Assembly (NCBI GenBank): GCA_963793865.1
Contig: CAWCBP010000001.1
Coordinates: 704,001-768,000 of the forward strand
DNA length: 64,000 nucleotides
From: an uncultured delta proteobacterium
GTDB taxonomy: Bacteria; Desulfobacterota; WTBG01
Direction: 5' to 3'
The position numbers and the translations under genes are program-made. Below the pieces are notes generated by a model, which was given only the letters and a program-made list of their open reading frames with translations, was not told the origin of the DNA and searched no databases. Of this stretch, positions 58,494 through 64,000 are shown one piece after another (the stretch's first letter is position 1; each line of letters begins with the position of its first letter).

Positions 58494-60942
58494 GGGGCTG
58501 TGCTGTATGGATACGACGGTGACGCCCGCGCCGCCCCGGGAATTATCATCCGGGTTAAAGCTCTTTACCCAGCCCTCTTGCTTGAGATGGGCCCGTATGG
58601 CCTCTTTGAGCCGCCCGGTTCCCAGTCCGTGGATGATCTCAACCGTTTCAAGCCCCCTTATGAGGGCATGATCGATTGCCCGGTCAATGACGGGCAGCGC
58701 CTCGGCAACGGTCATGCCGATGACATTGATGGTCGGAGAAACATCATCATCCGATAATGATGATGTATAGCTGCCGGATGCCGGCACCTTCTCCCGAGGC
58801 GTCTCCGTCGCCGCAGCGGACGGGGAATCCGGTATCGCTTCGATGGCGTCAAAGCCGGCCTTAATCTTGAGATCACCCACCAGGATTTCAGCCCGCTTCA
58901 GAGCGGGTTCCACCTTGAGGACCACGCCTTCCCGGTTGACCTGTGCCAGCTTAATGCGCTGCCCCGGCTTAAGATCGTGAACGGGTTTTTTCTTTTCGAC
59001 AGTTGCCGGGAGGTATTTTTTCCACTCCGCTTCCACCGCACGCAACGACTTGTGCGCTTCCTTGTGAGGCGGCTCCTTTTTGCGCCTGGCCTCGCTGATG
59101 ATCGATTCCAGCTGGGCCTGGGCCTGCCGCAGGTAGCCCTTGAGGGTGCTTTCGTAATCGCGCAGCATCTGGTCCCTTTTTGCCTTCAGTTTTGCAAGCA
59201 TGGTTGCGACCAGGCCTTCATGAACCTCAGCCCTGTGCCTGAGCGCTTCCAATGCTTCCTTTCTTTGCAGCACCTGCAGCTGGCTTTGCTCAAGCGCCTT
59301 AAGCAGGTGCATGGTGCTGTGGTCCTTGTCTTCAAGATAGGATTTCGCCTGTTCAATCAGGGAAGGGGACATGCCCATGTTGCCAGCTATGGTAAATGCG
59401 TTGCTGACACCGGGTATGCCGTACACAAGGCTGTAGGTGGGCTTCAGGGTGATTGGATCAAATGCCACGGAAACATTTTCCACATCCCGGTGACGATAGG
59501 CGTAGGTTTTAAGCAGTGTTAAATGGGTGGTTACGGCAATGGAAGCCTGACGTGATCTCAGATAATCAAGCAGGGCCAGCCCCAGGGCCGCCCCCTCGGC
59601 AGGGTCGGTTCCCGCCCCCAGTTCATCAATGAGGATGAGCGATCGCCCGTCGGCCTCACGGGTGATTTGGTTGAGACGCCGGATGTGAGCGGAAAAGGTA
59701 CTCAGGCTTTCCTCAATGTTCTGCTCATCGCCGATGTCGGCAAAGATGGAGGAAAAGACGGGGATGGTGCTCCCCTCGGCGGCGGGTATGTGCATGCCTG
59801 CCTGCGCCATGAGGGATAAAATGCCGAGGGTTTTAAGGGTGACGGTTTTGCCCCCGGCGTTTGCGCCGGTGATGATCAGCGTTGAGCGGTCACGGCTCAT
59901 GCGTATGGTCGTGGGCACGACGCGCGAGGGGTCGAAGGAGAGCCGCTCGACGGACTCAGGTCCCTCACCGGAGGCGTCAGGGGGAAGCTCAATCGTCTCC
60001 GTGCGGGCAAAAAGAATGGGATGCCGGCAGGAAATAAGTTCGATGCGCTTTTCATCATTTATGATCGGCTCACAGGCATTGATTGCCATGCTCAACCGGG
60101 CCTTGGCGTATATAAGATCAACCTTTTCCAGCTGGGCCAGGTTGAAGAGGATTTCTTCTCTCAACTCCCTGACCATCCCGGTGAGCATGAGCAGGATCCG
60201 GACTTCTTCGCGCAGCTCCTCCTTGAGCAGAATTTGCAGTTCATTGTTGGGATCGACCGCGGCAAGGGGCTCAATAAAATACGTGGCCTTGCTCTGCGAC
60301 TGATCGTGCACCACCCCGGGCAGAAAGGCCTTGTGGTCAATTTTAACCGGGAGCACAAACCTGCTGTTTCTTATGGTGATCAGCTGTTCCTGAAAAATGA
60401 ACTGGAGGTCATCACGGTGGAGCAGGGACTCCAGAATATGCTTGACGTGCAGCTTCACCTGCCTGATTTTGTTCCGGATGGAGATCAGTTCAGGGCTGGC
60501 TGTGTCCAGAATCTCGCCGGTGTTTCCGATGGCCTTTCTGATGGCATCTTCAAGCTCCTTCAGGGGAAAAATCTTTGCCGATAATAGATGATATCTTTTG
60601 ATATCTTGCGCCTGCAGCCTTAATAAACAACCTGAGCTTCTTGCCCGTTTCAAGGGTGCTGCGAATTTCCTGCAATTGCGGTGGTTCAACGTAAAATCCC
60701 TCCACCTTGGTCCTGCTGACGATCCGCTCTATGTCCCTGATGCCGTGAATGGGAAAATCATCATGGATGGTGAGGAGATCCTTCATTTCGCTCACCTCGG
60801 CAAGGGATGATGAAATCTCGCTGAGGTCGGTAAGGGGAAGGACACGATCACAGATTTTACCGCCCTGGGGGGAAGTTGTGTAGTGCTTGAGAAAGGATAC
60901 GATTTTTTCAAATTCTAAAACGCGTAGGGTATGCTTGTCCAT
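58473..60942 (-). CDS. mutS2: MutS2 family protein with Smr domain; apparent +1 indel near 60575
   Basis: MDKHTLRVLEF.KI; ITGANAGGKT, DIGDEQ, LSTFS.H, DELGAGTDP.EG, IIHG.GTG.L; ORFs 60550..60942 and 58473..60689 join as ISSIIGKIFPLKEL on removing one A. Confidence 0.92.
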
Positions 60943-61077
60943 CGTGCCTGTCTGTCGTGTATCTGTGTGAGGTTTGCCATAATGCTACTACAGTTTTGAC
61001 GGTTGCACAAGGCCTTTGGCGCGGAAGGACATGGTGAATGAATGGCTGCCGTGTTGCCGAACTTATCTTACATGAAT

Positions 61078-61105
61078 GTAGGGGCGACCGGCCGGTCGCC
61101 CCTAC
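61078..61105. repeat. GTAG-family REP, perfect 28-bp palindrome
   Basis: GTAGGGGCGACCGGCCGGTCGCCCCTAC. Confidence 0.8.
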
Positions 61106-61128
61106 AAGTCAGATTTTAATTCTTACTC

Positions 61129-61220
61129 ACAGGTTGTTGAAAAATTAGTTTTCCTCAGGCTGTGCAAAAGCCCCTCCCCCTTGAGCCGCAATTCAGATGG
61201 GTTTATTTCAACAACCTGCT
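61129..61220 (+). mobile_element. Shorter MITE-like element related to 58340..58493
   Basis: ACAGGTTGTTGAAAAA...CAGGCTGTGCAAAA...CAGATGGG...TTTCAACAACCTGCT. Confidence 0.65.
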
Positions 61221-61324
61221 AAAGAAATGCCCGGCAGGTAATGTATGCCGGGCAAGGAATTTGCGGGTTTTTAGAAAAAGGGTGGCATCGCACAACAGGT
61301 ACAATACCCATGCGATCCGCGGGA

Positions 61325-62650
61325 TCAGGACATGATGGCACATCCCTGGTTGCAGCGTGTCCCGAGCGCAACAGATTTGGGCACGGAGCGCAGCGCCATC
61401 ATCCGCTGCATAATGTCCGGCCGTTCATCGGATATCTGCGGCAGAACCGCGGAGAAGGCCCTGCCGATGGTTTTCATGATCAGGAAGAAATTCATGGTGC
61501 CGGGCTGGGTTTCAGGAACCAGCTTGGCAAGATAATTGATGTCATCCTGCGAGAGAAAATCCTTAATCTCTCCTCCTCCGCTTGAGGCCAGTCGCTTTCC
61601 ATGGGGCTGATACAGGTATTTGTCCCACCAGGTTAAATAATTGGCAACCCCTTCCTGGTTGATCATGCCGCGGATGAGGGCTTCGGTTACCGCGTTGGCG
61701 GCGCTCCAGCCGGGCAGAATGGCGCCGGTGATGCTGGTTTCCTGCATCCAGCCGGAATCGCCCACCAGCAGAACATTGTCCTTAAAGGGCACTTGTAGCG
61801 GGGATGCGATGTTGGAGACGCAGCTGGCACGGTGGCCGATCTCCCTGGCATTCTTGAACCAGCCGGCATAGGGCTCGGAGGCCAGGAAGCGGTCAATTTC
61901 GGCATCGAGATCCTGGTACACATTGTAGCTTGCCGCCGCCACGTGGAAATGTCCCGGGACGATCTCCGGAGCCAGGGAAATGCTGCAATTCCAGCCCATG
62001 CAGAACATGAGCGTGTCTTCCTCGGGAACATTCGCGCCCTCGTAGACCCGGGCATAATCCTTGTACGTCCCCAGAAATAACCGCTCCTTGTTGAACCCCA
62101 GCTTGCGCGCGATCCGCGAATTGACGCCGTCGGCCGCAATCACGAATGTGCCCCGGTACTCGTTGCCGCGGTTGTCGGTGACCACCACGCAGTCCGCTTC
62201 CTTGCTGACGTTGTTGATGTTGGTGTCGGCAAACACCTCCACCCCGTATGCCCGGGCCTCATCCACCAGGGTCTGAACCAGATGCCCCTTGTCGATCATC
62301 ACTCCCACCACCCGGGCTTTATCTTTGTTTCTCTCCGGCACATCACCCATGCGAAAGCGTGACCCGTCGGGTGTCACAATGTGAAACCCGTAAATCTTGC
62401 GCGTCGGCCCGTCATAGTTGATGGTAAACCCGTTATGGGGAAAGATGAAGCGCTTGTTGCGGTAGGTTATGTACTCGCTGAAGTTTTCCTCATCGATATT
62501 GATGATCATCGTGCAGATCCTGCGGATTTTTCTGATCTCGGTTTTCCGCTCGATCAGGCACGCCTTGAGGCCGTTTTCACCGGCTACCTTTGCCGCCATG
62601 GCGCCGCCGGGTCCGGCGCCGACAATTACCAGATCATATACTTTTTTCAT
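61325..62650 (-). CDS. Geranylgeranyl-reductase-family FAD-dependent oxidoreductase
   Basis: GAGPGG Rossmann motif, IAADGVNS, LLVGDSG. Confidence 0.8.
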   Translation of the reverse strand: MKKVYDLVIVGAGPGGAMAAKVAGENGLKACLIERKTEIRKIRRICTMIINIDEENFSEYITYRNKRFIFPHNGFTINYDGPTRKIYGFHIVTPDGSRFRMGDVPERNKDKARVVGVMIDKGHLVQTLVDEARAYGVEVFADTNINNVSKEADCVVVTDNRGNEYRGTFVIAADGVNSRIARKLGFNKERLFLGTYKDYARVYEGANVPEEDTLMFCMGWNCSISLAPEIVPGHFHVAAASYNVYQDLDAEIDRFLASEPYAGWFKNAREIGHRASCVSNIASPLQVPFKDNVLLVGDSGWMQETSITGAILPGWSAANAVTEALIRGMINQEGVANYLTWWDKYLYQPHGKRLASSGGGEIKDFLSQDDINYLAKLVPETQPGTMNFFLIMKTIGRAFSAVLPQISDERPDIMQRMMALRSVPKSVALGTRCNQGCAIMS

Positions 62651-62673
62651 GTCATCACCACCTGCAAAGAGTT

Positions 62674-62853
62674 TTACGCCTCGGCAACCTCATGAGGCGC
62701 CTTTAAAGGGCATACCAGTGTACAGATGAGGCATTCCATGCAAATCTCCTTGTCGATGATCACCTCATCATTGATAACGTTAATAGCCGCCACCGGGCAG
62801 TGATCCACACACCCGCAGCATCCCGAACATTTTTCCTTATCGATCTCAACCAA
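62674..62853 (-). CDS. 2x[4Fe-4S] ferredoxin (59 aa)
   Basis: RBS gaggagg, TTG start; CSGCCGCVDHCP and CMECLICTLVCP. Confidence 0.88.
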   Translation of the reverse strand: MVEIDKEKCSGCCGCVDHCPVAAINVINDEVIIDKEICMECLICTLVCPLKAPHEVAEA

Positions 62854-62891
62854 GGTGCCACCTCCTCTAACCCCGGAGGGTATATGATGTT

Positions 62892-63647
62892 TTACTTCCT
62901 GCAGTTGTCGCAAATTGCGAAAAAGTCTTTGGGCAGCGGCTTTCCCTGTTCCATCAATTCCATGGGGGAGGGGGGAGGAAAAGGTTTGCCGCAGCTTTTG
63001 CACTGCTTCCAGGGAAACCGCACGTTCCAGTTGTGAATGAGACGTGCGGACCCCACTTCCTCGGCGCCTCCCGGCACGAGGGTTTTGGCGTCGCTTACAT
63101 CCTCCATGGTGATGCACTGCGCGGGACACACGGCCACGCAGGCGCCGCAGGCGATGCAGTCCGTCGCGGAGCGGTAGAGCGGGGCACAGACAAACTTGTT
63201 TGCGCCGTGACCGCTGAAGGTGATGGCATGGGCGCCCACGTATTCGCTGCACACATGCACGCACAGGCCGCAGAGGATGCACTTCTCATTGCCCCGGGTG
63301 AAGCGCTGTTTTTCAATGCCCATCTCGGCCGCGTACTCCCGGATTGCTTTCACATGGGGGGAGCGCGCCATCAGCAGTTCTATGATCATCTTGCGGATGG
63401 AGCGCAGTTTCTGCGAGTTGGTGGTAACGGACAGGCCTTCCTCCACCGGGTAGTTGCAGGAGGTCACGATCCGCTTCCGGCCGTTCTTTTCCACCTCCAC
63501 CACGCAGAGCCTGCAGTTTCCCAGACCGCTTAAACCCTGATGCGAACAGAGGGAGGGAATGGCTATTCCCGCATCCCGGGCCGCCTCCAGGATTGTCTTT
63601 TTACTGTCAACCTTTGTCTTCGTACCGTCCAGTGTTATGGTTACCAT
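62892..63647 (-). CDS. NuoG N-terminal-like / BamI-like Fe-S subunit
   Basis: IPSLC...GNCRLC...SC, CILCGLCVHVC, CIACGACVAVCP, terminal CKSC...CDNC. Confidence 0.85.
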   Translation of the reverse strand: MVTITLDGTKTKVDSKKTILEAARDAGIAIPSLCSHQGLSGLGNCRLCVVEVEKNGRKRIVTSCNYPVEEGLSVTTNSQKLRSIRKMIIELLMARSPHVKAIREYAAEMGIEKQRFTRGNEKCILCGLCVHVCSEYVGAHAITFSGHGANKFVCAPLYRSATDCIACGACVAVCPAQCITMEDVSDAKTLVPGGAEEVGSARLIHNWNVRFPWKQCKSCGKPFPPPSPMELMEQGKPLPKDFFAICDNCRK

Positions 63648-63677
63648 TATCTGCTCCCTTGTATAGCCGTCCGCCCG

Positions 63678-64000
63678 CTACATGCTGCAGCGTTTGGCCG
63701 GACACACCTGCTGAACAATATGTGTCTGATATTCATCCATGAAGTGCCGAAGGGTGGACACAACCACCTGGGGCGCTGATTTTCCCAGATCGCAGAGCGA
63801 GGCTGAGGTGAGGCACTCCGCCAGCTCGTTGAGCAATGCGATGTCCTCCTCCGTGCCCGTGGCGATGCTGATCCCCTCCACAACCTCCTTCATCCGCTTG
63901 ACCCCTTCCCTGCAGGGCACGCATCTGCCGCATGATTCCTCTTCCAGAAAGGAAAGGAAGTACTTGGCCATATCCACCATGCAGGTTTTCTGGTCCATCA
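63678..64000 (-). CDS. NuoF-like subunit, C-terminal part (5' partial)
   Basis: TCMVD.AKYF, ESCGRCVPCREG, SLCDLG, H....CPA..C; no terminal ferredoxin domain. Confidence 0.85.
   Translation of the reverse strand, partial: MDQKTCMVDMAKYFLSFLEEESCGRCVPCREGVKRMKEVVEGISIATGTEEDIALLNELAECLTSASLCDLGKSAPQVVVSTLRHFMDEYQTHIVQQVCPAKRCSM

Noticed and set aside
58243..58671. 142-aa plus-strand ORF
   Set aside because: Reads through the MITE and antisense mutS2; no protein features.
60550..60689. Programmed frameshift or pseudogene in mutS2
   Set aside because: Single extra base in a short run, matching the error pattern elsewhere; rest of gene intact.
62854..63282. N-terminal extension of the ferredoxin (202-aa ORF)
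   Set aside because: Overlaps the upstream gene out of frame; strong RBS supports the TTG start at 62853.

Overview
Bacterial DNA, most likely an anaerobic Desulfobacterota/deltaproteobacterium (inferred from gene content, not measured). 1-7.5 kb: tandem cluster of five secreted DNRLRE-type domain proteins plus a metallophosphoesterase, carrying Cys-bracketed dockerin-like repeats, a cohesin-like domain, TSP3 repeats, a CxxCH pair and CFI-box-CTERM-like tails. 7.7-11.6 kb: Mo/W operon (TiaS-like protein, small protein, single-subunit molybdenum storage protein, tupBC). 11.6-24 kb: accessory region of secreted proteins, with a c-di-GMP-I riboswitch and a shared leader motif, ending at tRNA-Lys(UUU). 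24-29 kb: Cys1-less purF and carB. 29-42.5 kb: a co-oriented run in which NuoG/E/F-like (HydABC-type) redox subunits are interleaved with two paralogous Cache-HAMP kinases and three output-less receiver proteins, preceded by an ACT-domain malic enzyme. 42.8-47 kb: sulfonate-type ABC transporter and porin. 48-64 kb: redoxin/FMN-binding protein, rpoZ, prmA, queE, nadB, pgeF, mltB, mutS2 flanked by two related MITEs, and a second NuoF/G-like module with ferredoxin and a geranylgeranyl-reductase-family enzyme. Many single-base indels sit in homopolymers and are probably sequencing/assembly errors. No CRISPR array, rRNA, transposase or integrase was seen. All calls come from reading motifs by eye; no database searches were run.
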